NCBI GenBank assembly: GCA_963831235.1
Contig: CAWHPS010000038.1
Location: 75,104 to 107,103 of the forward strand
Length of the DNA stretch: 32,000 nucleotides
Source of the DNA: an uncultured Fibrobacterota bacterium
GTDB taxonomy: Bacteria > Fibrobacterota > OXYB2-FULL-49-7 > JAEUSG01
Reading direction: 5' to 3'
Positions 1 to 9,700 of the stretch are shown here, piece after piece. The translations under genes were made by a program, and so were the position numbers. The stretch's first letter is position 1; the number at the start of each line of letters is the position of its first letter. The notes under the pieces were generated by a model. The model was not told where the DNA came from and did no database searches. It was given only the letters and a program-made list of their open reading frames with translations.

Positions 1-2289
1 GAGACATTATTTGTAATTGATTCAGGATATACCGTAATTCGCGCCCTGGGAAGGGATTCCAACGAGACTGACCTTTCACATTATCTTGTTTTTAATGGGA
101 AAAAACTTGATTCAGCGTCAGGGTCCCTTAATTTTATTGACACTATTTATGCGGATTCAATAACCGGACTGGACACTATGTCCGTTATTGTTAGGGATGC
201 CTTTACCACTGACACAACAATATTCTTCGCTCGTGTGTCGCATGTGCCTATACTTGACAGTATAGTTTATAAGAACAGCGGCCTTACATTAAAAGGAAAT
301 ACAGTAAATGTTAAAACCATAAACGGTGTCCCCGACACTTTTATTATCCACGCTACGGATCCTGATGTGGTACTGGATGACCGCCTCACGTATCGGATGA
401 CGCAGAACAATGGGACCGATACCAGCGTTGAAACGAATTCTCTTACCGGTCTTTTGATTCACCATTCAGGCCGAACTGACACATCAGCACTTTTCAGGGT
501 ATCAGATAGGTCAGGGATGGTGAAACAAATGGTAATACGATTTCTCTATCCTTCTTTTGAAAAAGGACCTCATTTTGTTTCTGATTCCATATATTTCATG
601 GATAGTATCAGCTTGTATGTAACCCGGGTCAACAAACTAAATGATTCAATAAGCGCTGAAAGCCATGCTGTTAAAATTATCAATTTCGGGACCGATACTC
701 TGCGTTTTCTTTCCGCAGGAACAGTATCAGGGTCTGATAACGGCTGGATCAAAATGGGTTATGCTTCAAACAGCAAGCTTACTAATGTCACATATTCAAA
801 GAGCATTTCAGCGCCACGAATCCTCCTTCCTGGTGACTCGCTGTTCCTTGCAATTCGCGACAGTGCCGCAACCGCTTTTGGTGACTCAGCCGGGTTCCTG
901 CTAAGTCTTGGCAATGCAGACACTGTTGTTATTGACACACTTCTTTTTGCAACAAATGATCCGGAGCGTAGTCCTCTTCGAATTCCAATCAGGATTTTCT
1001 GTCGCGAATCGCCTTATGTGATACGCGATACCGTGGTTTTTATCGGGAGTGTGCCCCCACTGCCCAAGGGGAAAAGTGTCAGTGCCTACAATCCTAAAAA
1101 CGCTGTGTACCGTGAAGTTGCAATGGTATTCAGTGAACCCATGGATCATTCAACTGCCGGGTATGCCTCATTTTCTGTTTACAGTCAGGCAGATTCGTTT
1201 TATTATGCAATGGGGAAACCCGATACAGTAGCACCTTTTCCAGGGCAATACAGGTGGTCCAAGGGAAGCGAAAGCAGGTTCGACACGCTCTTTTTTCGGC
1301 CTAGCCTGGCAAGTGGCAATTATGTAAGTCGTTTTTTCAATATTACTCCTTTGGATGGATATTACATCTCATCAGATCCGGTAAGGGTCAAGGTGTCATC
1401 CTCAATTACGGACATTTCAGGTAACAGGATGGATTTATATCAGGATTATACCCCTGATTCAATAAGGGGGTTCAGGATTTTTAAGGGACAGATTGATTCC
1501 TCCAGTTTACGGGTGTTGTCCATGGACCCGCAAAATGGTTCCGAAGGCGCGCCATCTCTGCCAAGGATAACAATACGCTTCTCCAATATCCTTGATTCAT
1601 TGTCAATTGATACTGCCTCTATTAACAATAGAAGTTTCAAACTGATATCATCAATAAATCCATCTGCTGAAATTGTTTTTAAGAACGGGGTCAGCCTGTC
1701 TGGAAATGTCATATCCTTTTTGTCCGGAACAAAATTCTACAGCAATGATTCAGTAAGTGTAATTGTCTCGTCAAGTCTGCGCGATATCAATCGCAACACC
1801 CTTGATGGAAACAACGATGGTCGAGGTAATTTTTTCTATAAATATGGTTTTGCCACATACAAAATGGCCGATACCATGATAACAGACGAAACCGCATCAG
1901 CAGGGGACAACTACAGGTTCAGTTTCCGGATTGCACGGGAGGATTTCTATTTCTATCCGTGCCCTTATGAACCAGGACGCAATCCTCGGCATGAGGCTTT
2001 GGGAGGGATTGTTTTTAAAAATCTCCATTCACTTTTTAAAAGCACTCTAAGTGGAACGCTCAATGTCCGAATATATAATGTTTCGGGTGATCTTGTTTAT
2101 TCAACAGATAAACAGAGTGAGGCAATTCTTTTCGGAGGTAGGTATGGTTCATTATCCAAGCCGGAGTGGACCTGGAAGGTGACTAATAATAAAAAAGTGC
2201 CGGTTGGTTCAGGGCTTTATCTATTTGTGATATCCGATGGAGATGATAAAAACGTGCTTAACAGGGGGAAATTGATTGTTATTCGTTGA
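1..2289 (+). CDS. Large secreted/surface protein with bacterial Ig-like (Big_5-type) regions and FlgD/Por-like C-terminal tail, 5' truncated by window edge
   Basis: The frame of ORF 178..2289 stays open back to base 1 (ETLFVIDSGYTVIRALGRDS...), so the listed start is internal. It contains 'SAYNPKNAVYREVAMVFSEPMD' and 'LSMDPQNGSEGAPSLPRITIRFS' Ig-like motifs and the C-terminal tail 'LNVRIYNVSGDLVYS...EWTWKVTNNKKVPVGSGLYLFVISDG...GKLIVIR'. Confidence 0.8.
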   Translation, partial: ETLFVIDSGYTVIRALGRDSNETDLSHYLVFNGKKLDSASGSLNFIDTIYADSITGLDTMSVIVRDAFTTDTTIFFARVSHVPILDSIVYKNSGLTLKGNTVNVKTINGVPDTFIIHATDPDVVLDDRLTYRMTQNNGTDTSVETNSLTGLLIHHSGRTDTSALFRVSDRSGMVKQMVIRFLYPSFEKGPHFVSDSIYFMDSISLYVTRVNKLNDSISAESHAVKIINFGTDTLRFLSAGTVSGSDNGWIKMGYASNSKLTNVTYSKSISAPRILLPGDSLFLAIRDSAATAFGDSAGFLLSLGNADTVVIDTLLFATNDPERSPLRIPIRIFCRESPYVIRDTVVFIGSVPPLPKGKSVSAYNPKNAVYREVAMVFSEPMDHSTAGYASFSVYSQADSFYYAMGKPDTVAPFPGQYRWSKGSESRFDTLFFRPSLASGNYVSRFFNITPLDGYYISSDPVRVKVSSSITDISGNRMDLYQDYTPDSIRGFRIFKGQIDSSSLRVLSMDPQNGSEGAPSLPRITIRFSNILDSLSIDTASINNRSFKLISSINPSAEIVFKNGVSLSGNVISFLSGTKFYSNDSVSVIVSSSLRDINRNTLDGNNDGRGNFFYKYGFATYKMADTMITDETASAGDNYRFSFRIAREDFYFYPCPYEPGRNPRHEALGGIVFKNLHSLFKSTLSGTLNVRIYNVSGDLVYSTDKQSEAILFGGRYGSLSKPEWTWKVTNNKKVPVGSGLYLFVISDGDDKNVLNRGKLIVIR

Positions 2290-2328
2290 CATAATTTTAG
2301 GACTTAACTATTTTTAGGAGGACTAAAA

Positions 2329-3129
2329 ATGATGAAATCACTTATCTGCGCCTTATTCGCGGCTTATTTTCTGTCAGGATGCGCGTCCGCGCCTCCGGCT
2401 GTGCCTGAAGGCGATGTTCTTTTGCCGGAAATCGACATTGTTCAGGTCAAGGAAAGTTCGGACGAGGCCATAAAGATAGCCCAGGAATCAAAGCTTGATG
2501 TTGAGGTCCTTAATTCACGGCTCACTGAAATCAATCATCAGCTGGTCAATTTCTCCGAAGAAATGGCAAGTGTGAGTTCGGCCAAGATCGAAGAGATGGA
2601 AAACAAGATGACCGTTCTTACCGAAGAGGTCAAAAACATCTATAAAGAGCTTGATTCTTTGCGCAAAAAATGCAATACCCCTCCTCGGAAAACTCAGCCC
2701 GCCATCTTCGAATCCTCAACCTTTGGTCCTGGATCAGCAGACAGGTTAATGAGTCTTTCGCAGGATGAAAGGCGTTATCGTCAGGCCCAGTCGTTCTTCA
2801 ACGCAGGTCAGTTTGTTAATGCGGTGGTGGCGTTTAAGGAGGCCCTGAAAGCCGCGCCTGAAGGCAAAAACGCCCCGGATTGCCAGTACTGGATAGGCGA
2901 ATGCTATTTCAAACTCAGCCAGTATGCTTATGCAATAGCGAATTACAAAAAGGTCTTTTCATACTCAAAAAGCGACAAGGCCGATGATGCCCAGATGCGC
3001 ATAGCAATAAGTTATTCAAAACTGGGCGACAACGAACAGGCTGTTGTTGAATTCAAGAACCTCCTTAAAATCTATCCCCAGAGCGAATATGCTGATGAAG
3101 CGAGAAAATTAATATCGCAACTGGAGTAA
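2329..3129 (+). CDS. TPR-containing lipoprotein, tol-pal system YbgF/CpoB-like
   Basis: Lipobox-like signal (FLSGCAS), coiled-coil segment, then TPR region 'YRQAQSFFNAGQFVNAVVAFKEAL...YWIGECYFKLSQYAYAIANYKKVFSY' as in YbgF. RBS-like aggagg upstream. Confidence 0.82.
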   Translation: MMKSLICALFAAYFLSGCASAPPAVPEGDVLLPEIDIVQVKESSDEAIKIAQESKLDVEVLNSRLTEINHQLVNFSEEMASVSSAKIEEMENKMTVLTEEVKNIYKELDSLRKKCNTPPRKTQPAIFESSTFGPGSADRLMSLSQDERRYRQAQSFFNAGQFVNAVVAFKEALKAAPEGKNAPDCQYWIGECYFKLSQYAYAIANYKKVFSYSKSDKADDAQMRIAISYSKLGDNEQAVVEFKNLLKIYPQSEYADEARKLISQLE

Positions 3130-3137
3130 AGGACATA

Positions 3138-4040
3138 ATGCAATACCGTTTCCCCATTATTTTTCTTGCTCTTTTGAGCTTATGGTTTTGTTCGTGCAGC
3201 TCAAAGTTTGTTGCTCCTGAACCATCGGTTGAAGACCTCCTCTCCGAGGCAAAGGGGCTTATGAATAAGGGGAATTATGGTCTTGCAAAAGAGAAATTTG
3301 AGGCCATACGCTTTGATTATCCCGGCAATTCCCTTATTGGCGAGGTCCAGTTCTATATCGGGCTGTGTTATTTTGATTTAAAGGAATATCTTATTGCACA
3401 GCAGGAATTCGAATCATTCCTGCGCGAATTCCCATCAAGCAATCCATTTTCAGATGATGCCATGTATTATCTAAGTCGTACTATATTCGAGCAGGCGTTG
3501 CCTGTACGGCTCGATCAGGCCATTACCCGAAAAGCGCTTGAGCAGGCTGATGCGTTTCTTGAAACATATCCCCAAAGTGATTTCACTGAAGAAGTCCGGA
3601 AACTTAAAACCAGATGCATTGATCGCCTTGCAGAGAAGGAATTCCTTGATGGACGATTATATCGGCGGATGGGGTATCCTTCATCAGCCATTCTTTATTT
3701 CAGGATGCTTGTAAAGGATTTCCCCGGCAACCATTGGATTTTACGGGGCCGCTATGAATGGTCCCGTGCTCTTTACGAACAGAAAAACTATACTGAAGCG
3801 CTATCCATGATTGATACCTGCAGAAAAGAACTTGCCCAATTATCCCAAAAGGAACAGGATAATTTTATTCTTAAAGAGGCGCATGGGTTTCCATATAAAC
3901 TGGTCCATTTATTCGGCCTAATCAATTACGAATCCCGTTCGGAAATCAAAATTTATATTGATGATCTTTATTCGGATCTGTCAACACTCTCGGTCAAAAT
4001 AGAAAAAAAACTTAAAAAGCTCTCCGCCCGCAAAAAATAA
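3138..4040 (+). CDS. Outer-membrane assembly lipoprotein, BamD/YfiO-like
   Basis: Lipobox 'SLWFCSCSS' and BamD-like TPRs 'LLSEAKGLMNKGNYGLAKEKFEAIRFDYPGNSLIGEVQFYIGLCYFDLKEYLIAQQEFESFLREFPSS'. Confidence 0.8.
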   Translation: MQYRFPIIFLALLSLWFCSCSSKFVAPEPSVEDLLSEAKGLMNKGNYGLAKEKFEAIRFDYPGNSLIGEVQFYIGLCYFDLKEYLIAQQEFESFLREFPSSNPFSDDAMYYLSRTIFEQALPVRLDQAITRKALEQADAFLETYPQSDFTEEVRKLKTRCIDRLAEKEFLDGRLYRRMGYPSSAILYFRMLVKDFPGNHWILRGRYEWSRALYEQKNYTEALSMIDTCRKELAQLSQKEQDNFILKEAHGFPYKLVHLFGLINYESRSEIKIYIDDLYSDLSTLSVKIEKKLKKLSARKK

Positions 4041-4055
4041 CAAGACTTATATATT

Positions 4056-4637
4056 GTGGAAGAAAAACGAATTGGTATCTTTGGTGGTGTCTTTGATCCT
4101 GTCCATAACGGTCATTTTGCCATAGTTGAAGCGGCCCTGGAAAATTATTCACTTGATTCCATTTATGTTATTCCGTGCAATGTGCCATCCCACAAACCCC
4201 AGCCCATAATTCCTGCAAATGAGCGGCTTAAGCTTCTTGATGCCGTATTTGGAGACAACGAGCGTGTTGTTGTTTCAGACATTGAAATAAGGCGTGGAGG
4301 GGTATCGTACACTTATGAGACTATAACCGCAGTTCGAAAAGTCGAGGGTGTGCGTCCTTATTTTTTTATGGGAGCGGATAATCTCTCGGAAATAAAAACA
4401 TGGAAAAACCCTGATAAAATACTTTCCGAATCCCAAGTGGTTGCCATTATGAGGCCGGGATATGATTTCATTGATAAATTCCCTGAATATGATGATAAAA
4501 TTCTTACCATGCATATGCCCTTGCTTTATGTGTCTTCCACTGAAGTGCGCAAACGCCTTAAGATGAGGGAGGATACAGGGCATCTTGTTCCGGTGCCTGC
4601 TCTTGACATAATCTTAAAGAGGGGCTTTTATCTTTGA
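4056..4637 (+). CDS. nadD: Nicotinate-nucleotide adenylyltransferase (GTG start)
   Basis: 'IGIFGGVFDPVHNGHFAIVEAAL' nucleotidyltransferase H-x-G-H motif; 'YFFMGADNLSEIKTWKNPDKIL'; 'VSSTEVRKRL' C-terminal motif. Confidence 0.93.
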   Translation: MEEKRIGIFGGVFDPVHNGHFAIVEAALENYSLDSIYVIPCNVPSHKPQPIIPANERLKLLDAVFGDNERVVVSDIEIRRGGVSYTYETITAVRKVEGVRPYFFMGADNLSEIKTWKNPDKILSESQVVAIMRPGYDFIDKFPEYDDKILTMHMPLLYVSSTEVRKRLKMREDTGHLVPVPALDIILKRGFYL

Positions 4638-4649
4638 ATCGCCTTAAAG

Positions 4650-5609
4650 TCAATTTGGCGGTCGGCAGGCTCCGATTCCTTCTCTATGCGTACAATTTTC
4701 CTCTTCCGCGTCAACCTGAATCGTTGCATGCGTTATGTTAAAGTCATGTTCCAGTATTTCACGAATACGGGCAATAACCGCGCCGCTTTCCTTAATTGTC
4801 ATGTTTTCCAGGAATACATGAAGCGTGGCCGCATAAAGATGGCCTGTAATGACCCAGATATGGACATCATGTAAATCCTTAAGCCCTTTTACTTCCGCCA
4901 ATAGTTTTTTCCTTACATTCCTTACATGTACATCTTTTGGCGTGGCTTCGAGCAGGATGTTTACGGATTCCCTGAGCAGTCTCCATGCCCATAGCAGTAT
5001 CAAAACGCTTATTCCAAGACTTAATACAGGGTCAATCAGTATCCATCCCTTGAAATAAATCAGTATGCCGCCTATGATGATAAAAACAGATGAAAGCGTA
5101 TCTGATAATACATGAAGAAAAGCGGAACGAATGTTTATGTCCTTCTCAGAGTCCTTTTTTAGTATGAAAAAACTTACCATGTTTGCAACAAGACCTATCA
5201 GGGCAATGCCTATCATCTCCGCAACGCGTATGGTTGACGGATGCATTATGCGTGACACAGCCTCGTATGCAATCCAAATCACGGCAAAGAAAAGGAAGAG
5301 TGAATTGACAAAGGTAGCCAGTATCTCGGCCCTGAAATAGCCGAAAGACTTTCTGTCGTTAAACCCGCGTGATGCGAGTAGTATTGCGACGAGGCTTGTT
5401 GACAAAGCAAAAATATGCGTGAACATGTGGCCGGCATCTGATAAAAGGGCCAGGCTTCCTGAAATTATACCACCTGCAAATTCGAGGAACATTACAATGC
5501 CGTTGACGATAATTGCGGTTACAAGATGTTTTTTCTCCGAGGCCTTGTATATTGATCCATGATGTGAGTGATCATGATTTGAATGATCGTGTCCGTGAAA
5601 ATGTCCCAT
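4650..5609 (-). CDS. Cation diffusion facilitator family metal transporter
   Basis: His-rich N-terminus 'MGHFHGHDHSNHDHSHHG', six-TM-like profile, 'SLALLSDAGHMFTHIFALSTSL' and 'AFLHVLSDTLSSVFIIIGG' motifs typical of CDF transporters. Confidence 0.92.
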   Translation of the reverse strand: MGHFHGHDHSNHDHSHHGSIYKASEKKHLVTAIIVNGIVMFLEFAGGIISGSLALLSDAGHMFTHIFALSTSLVAILLASRGFNDRKSFGYFRAEILATFVNSLFLFFAVIWIAYEAVSRIMHPSTIRVAEMIGIALIGLVANMVSFFILKKDSEKDINIRSAFLHVLSDTLSSVFIIIGGILIYFKGWILIDPVLSLGISVLILLWAWRLLRESVNILLEATPKDVHVRNVRKKLLAEVKGLKDLHDVHIWVITGHLYAATLHVFLENMTIKESGAVIARIREILEHDFNITHATIQVDAEEENCTHREGIGACRPPN

Positions 5610-5673
5610 TATGATATCAAGATAGTAATTTACGGAAATTACATGAAAGGTTTAAACTTGCAAATGAATGAAT

Positions 5674-5825
5674 GTCCGGCGGCACTGAGGCCGCCGGCTA
5701 GTCAGGTCTTCAGGATGCAGGCGGGGGTGATATTTTTGTAGAGGCGTAGCATGATGTTACGCCTCTACAAAAATATCACCCCAAAACACAAAAAAATATT
5801 GATTAGGCGGCGGCCTCAGTGCCGC
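5674..5825. repeat. Nested palindromic (MITE/REP-like) element
   Basis: The outer arms, CGGCGGCACTGAGGCCGCCG and its inverted copy (about 5677-5696 and 5807-5826 within GGCGGCGGCCTCAGTGCCGCCGC), are each self-complementary. They enclose a perfect 25-bp hairpin: GGGGTGATATTTTTGTAGAGGCGTA (5724-5748), loop GCATGATGT, TACGCCTCTACAAAAATATCACCCC (5758-5782). Confidence 0.85.
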
Positions 5826-6108
5826 CGCACAAAATCGGTAATAACCCTGTTTTACATATATTTCAAATTCCTGTCAACAGAATGCCAACTAACCTGGCAA
5901 AACATCAAAAAGTTGAAATCGTTAAAAAGAAGTAAATACTTGATTTGTCAAATGTTCCGAAGATATTGCTTGATGGCTTGAAAGTTGCATAAATATTTAT
6001 TATTAATACTATATTTATCATAAAAATAAAATAACTGTTGATATTATTATGTGGATGAAAATATTTTTTAAAATTCAATGATAATATCAATTATTTCAAA
6101 ATAATACT

Positions 6109-7014
6109 ATGCCCATAATAAGCAGACGCGAAAAATATAAAGGTGCCCAGCGGACGGCCTATTTGATAGCAATCGGCATCCATGTGCTTCTTGCCGTAAT
6201 TTTCTGGAACACAGGCGGCGATAAAATCATCAAAGATATTGTAATGGAAGTGGTTTCGGCAAAAAGCGGCCCGCCTCCAAAACCTCCGGCACCTAAAATC
6301 AAACCTATTGCGATGGTCAAACCCGCTGCCTCCCTTGTAAAATTTGAAGTCAAAAACGCTGCGCGCATTGATCCGGGTTTTGCTCCTGTATTCAAGGAGA
6401 TCTCGGCAGTCAGTACTGATGTCGGCCAGGTTAACTTCACCAACATGGCCCAGACCTACTCGGTCAAGTCCTTCAGTCTTGACAAGTCGCAGATTTCAAA
6501 TGTAACGACCGACATCTTAAAGGTGATGGGTGTAGGCGATATGATGGACAATGCAAGGGGAACCAAGGTGTCTGGTGTGGGTAAAAGGATGCGTGCAAGG
6601 CTTAATCTATGCCTTTTCAGCACGCCTGGCGCATCTGTTATAGGGCCGACCGGCCGCAAGAGTGAAACAAACAAGTCTGCCAACGAAGACACTCTTTCGA
6701 CCCGGGTTACGTGGGAATATGTTTTTCGGAAATACAGTTCCATTGATCGTGCCCGCGCCTGGTTAAAAGAGAATACACAGATTCAGGTCACTGATAATAC
6801 CGTAACAATCGTAGGCGATGTAAACTTTTCCGATTGGCTCAATAACATTCATAAAAAAGGTGCATTAACGGTTGACAGTGCCTCGTTTTATTATGAAAAT
6901 ACCGGCATAAAACGTCTTGAAAAAGCTGTTGAAGAATTGGATCGTAATAAAATGTCGGGCAGCCGTGAGTTTGTTACCAAGGCGAGGGCCGACGGTTTAT
7001 ACTTATATTCATAA
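6109..7014 (+). CDS. Membrane-anchored protein with TonB-like N-terminal TM and proline-rich periplasmic linker
   Basis: N-terminal TM 'TAYLIAIGIHVLLAVIFWN' followed by 'SGPPPKPPAPKIKPIAMVKPA' as in TonB-like/AgmX-like proteins. The C-terminus is not assignable from sequence. Confidence 0.6.
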   Translation: MPIISRREKYKGAQRTAYLIAIGIHVLLAVIFWNTGGDKIIKDIVMEVVSAKSGPPPKPPAPKIKPIAMVKPAASLVKFEVKNAARIDPGFAPVFKEISAVSTDVGQVNFTNMAQTYSVKSFSLDKSQISNVTTDILKVMGVGDMMDNARGTKVSGVGKRMRARLNLCLFSTPGASVIGPTGRKSETNKSANEDTLSTRVTWEYVFRKYSSIDRARAWLKENTQIQVTDNTVTIVGDVNFSDWLNNIHKKGALTVDSASFYYENTGIKRLEKAVEELDRNKMSGSREFVTKARADGLYLYS

Positions 7015-8080
7015 TAAATACGAGATAGAAGAACCTGATATAATGCCTCCTGATGTGCTTATAAAAAAGATTGAGGAAAGGAATATATTAAGGGAGTGGC
7101 GTAAGCGCGGCTTAATCAGTATTGTCACGGCAGCGAACAGTTTAAAACCTGAAATGTCAGAAACAAGCCTCCAGAACGGTCTTGCGCCTATTTACTCTTT
7201 CTTCAAGAAATCTCAGTTACTTGAAAATCCACTTCTTATTATCTGCAATCCTGTGGGTCTCGAGAAAATAACCGAAGAAAATCTGGAACTTCTAAGAAAT
7301 TATGTTATGAATGGCGGGTTTATCTGGATAGACGACACTGGCCTTGCAACCGGCAATATCAAGGGACAGAATGAAGTGGCGCGAAGCTTTATTTACAGGC
7401 TCATGGATTTTGATTCCCGCCAGGAGCTTTCTGATAAGGAAATGGAAACATTCAAGAAGCTTTCCGCTGAAGATAAAAACGTACAGGGATATATTCTTGG
7501 AGACCCTTTTCCAAGCCCTGCTCACCCACAGGCCTTTATACCTATTACAGTGCCACAGAATGGTCCTGTGACGGTCCGTATATTCAATCGTCTTGAAATA
7601 CCGGTCAAACAGTTTGTCTGGACCAAAGACAAACCCATGAAGGCTGGGAGTTATATCAGGAAAGAGATTGCCTTAACCTGGAATTGCGACAATAACGACA
7701 ACGAGCCTGTTGAGAGCGGCACATATTTCATACAGCTCCAAGCCGGATTGTATCAGAAAACAAAGGTTATTCGTGTGAGTAAGCTGCGCATGCTTGATGA
7801 AAAGCATCCTATAATGAGTGTGGTACACACATTCCGCAATATTCCGGTTTGTACCATTGAAAGCTCCTCAAGATACTGGGATACACGTTCTTATGGCAAC
7901 GCGGCCTTCGGTTATTATTACAATGGCCGGATGGTCATACTATATACCGAAAGCGCTGGTATTGTAGCAGGCCTTGGTGACCTTAAAAATCCTGTGGGCA
8001 TGGTAATGGCCTCCAAGTTTTTAAATAATGTCATTGCATTCTGCCTCTCGGATGAAGACGGTGTTGCCATCAGGCCTTAA
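6917..8080 (+). CDS. DUF4159-like protein with a FlgD-like Ig insertion; true start uncertain
   Basis: 'NPLLIICNPVGLEKITEENLELLRNYVMNGGFIWIDDTG' resembles DUF4159. 'GPVTVRIFNRL...ALTWNCDNNDNEPVESGTYFIQLQAG' resembles FlgD Ig. The first listed ATG overlaps the upstream ORF by 98 bp, and an in-frame ATG at 7043 is an alternative. Confidence 0.6.
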   Translation: MKKLLKNWIVIKCRAAVSLLPRRGPTVYTYIHNKYEIEEPDIMPPDVLIKKIEERNILREWRKRGLISIVTAANSLKPEMSETSLQNGLAPIYSFFKKSQLLENPLLIICNPVGLEKITEENLELLRNYVMNGGFIWIDDTGLATGNIKGQNEVARSFIYRLMDFDSRQELSDKEMETFKKLSAEDKNVQGYILGDPFPSPAHPQAFIPITVPQNGPVTVRIFNRLEIPVKQFVWTKDKPMKAGSYIRKEIALTWNCDNNDNEPVESGTYFIQLQAGLYQKTKVIRVSKLRMLDEKHPIMSVVHTFRNIPVCTIESSSRYWDTRSYGNAAFGYYYNGRMVILYTESAGIVAGLGDLKNPVGMVMASKFLNNVIAFCLSDEDGVAIRP

Positions 8081-8183
8081 TTGCCTTGTATTCGGTTTTC
8101 CATTGCCATAACCCTGTTCGTAGAAAAACATCGCAGTATTCCATTGATAAAGTGGAAAACATAAAATTATTTTTAAAGATTCC

Positions 8184-9083
8184 ATGTTTATACTTATCAT
8201 CATCTTATTAAATGGCACTCTTTTGTTTGCCGGGCATAATCTTATTATTTCAGAGTATTCGAATTCAACTGGCAAACAGGCACTTGATAGCGTTGCAGCC
8301 CCTATAAAGGAAATATTCGGTTCAAAGTTCGCGGCTTACGGAATAGAGGTTCTTGACGCCACCAATTCGGATACCCGCGAGTTTTTAAGCTCCAACAGCC
8401 ATGAAACAATCCTTAAAATAAAAGCGGAAGGGGATGCTGCAACCAATATTGTTTTTACCATTGAGGTTGGGGATGACAGGAAAATATACACCAAACAGAT
8501 CACCTATAATGATATGGAAAGCATGGATCAAAACATAACCGTTATGACGGTTAAAATCCTTCATGTCTTTGAGAGCGCTATCTTATCCAGGGTCCAGATT
8601 ACATCTGATCCCACTTTCGCGCATATAATAATTGACAAAAAAGTCAAAGCCGTCACTCCCTGGGAATCATATCTTGCCCCTGGCAATCATGATATCTCAC
8701 TTGAACTTGCCGGGTATGAACCATTGGAAAAAAAACTTGTGGTAACTCCTGGCAACAACCGGCTCAATTTTACGCTTATGCCAATAGGAATGAACGATAC
8801 AATTATTGTTCATGAAAAGCCATTACCCAAAGAAAAGATATCCTCGAAAACCCTTTTTATTATTTCTTTTGCAGGGGCCCTTCTGGCAGGTGTTGCACAA
8901 TGGCAGTATTCGACTACTGATAAGGAATATGATCAATTAATATCAAATGATAAGGGTAAATACGATGCTCTAGATAAAAAGGCTGAATATTCCATGTTTC
9001 TGCGTAACACCGGTATTGTTATATCCGTTTCCGGGCTATGCTTTTGCACATATAATAGAATAAAGAATGGTCGATGGTTCTAA
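8184..9083 (+). CDS. PEGA-domain membrane protein
   Basis: 'SDPTFAHIIIDKKVKAVTPWESYLAPGNHDISLELAGYEPLEKKLVVTPGNNRLNFTL' matches the PEGA pattern. Signal peptide at the N-terminus and a C-terminal TM segment. Confidence 0.75.
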   Translation: MFILIIILLNGTLLFAGHNLIISEYSNSTGKQALDSVAAPIKEIFGSKFAAYGIEVLDATNSDTREFLSSNSHETILKIKAEGDAATNIVFTIEVGDDRKIYTKQITYNDMESMDQNITVMTVKILHVFESAILSRVQITSDPTFAHIIIDKKVKAVTPWESYLAPGNHDISLELAGYEPLEKKLVVTPGNNRLNFTLMPIGMNDTIIVHEKPLPKEKISSKTLFIISFAGALLAGVAQWQYSTTDKEYDQLISNDKGKYDALDKKAEYSMFLRNTGIVISVSGLCFCTYNRIKNGRWF

Positions 9084-9118
9084 CAAGTTGATATTAATAA
9101 AGATAAGGTTTATCAGGC

Positions 9119-9700
9119 TTGTTTGTTAAAATGGATGATTTTGTTTTATCGCGGGTCGAATATATGGATGAAGAGAAGCTTCTTGAGCAATGCATAAACG
9201 GGGATAAAAAAGCCTTTTCCCAGTTAATAGAACAAAATCGCAGGCTCATAGAAACTGCGGCATTCAGGATAGTAAAAAGCAATGTTGCAGTGCAGGAGGT
9301 TGTCCAGGAGGCCCTAATCAGAATTTTCAAGGGGATTAAGCAGTTCAACAGGCAATGCAAGATTTCAACCTGGATGTACCGAATAACAGTTAATGAAGGG
9401 ATCCGCTATCTTGAGAAGGAATCAGGACATGCAGCAACACCCTTGGATCAAATCGAGGAAATCCCTATTGCCGAAGCATGTGCTCTGCAAAGCATTGTCT
9501 TAAAGGAGCAGAAAAAAATGATGAAGGAGTTCGTTGACGAACTTCCAAGCGAATTTAAAGAAGTGGTGGTGCTTCATTATTTCGAGGAAATGAAACTCGA
9601 GAACATTGCAGATAAATTAAATATCCCGTCGGGCACGGTATTCTCGCGTATCGGACGGGCAAGAGACATGTTAAAGAAAAAGATAAAAGCATACGTATGA
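9119..9700 (+). CDS. RNA polymerase sigma factor, sigma-70/ECF family (listed start is TTG; ATG at 9164 is a plausible true start)
   Basis: 'LLEQCINGDKKAFSQLIEQNRRLIETAAFRIVKSNVAVQEVVQEALIRIFKGIKQF' (region 2) and 'LPSEFKEVVVLHYFEEMKLENIADKLNIPSGTVFSRIGRARDMLKKKI' (region 4). Confidence 0.93.
   Translation: MFVKMDDFVLSRVEYMDEEKLLEQCINGDKKAFSQLIEQNRRLIETAAFRIVKSNVAVQEVVQEALIRIFKGIKQFNRQCKISTWMYRITVNEGIRYLEKESGHAATPLDQIEEIPIAEACALQSIVLKEQKKMMKEFVDELPSEFKEVVVLHYFEEMKLENIADKLNIPSGTVFSRIGRARDMLKKKIKAYV

Noticed and set aside
5751-5981. 76-aa plus-strand ORF (MMLRLYKNITPKHKK...)
   Set aside because: It runs through the palindromic repeat and low-complexity AT sequence with no recognisable domain; most likely spurious.
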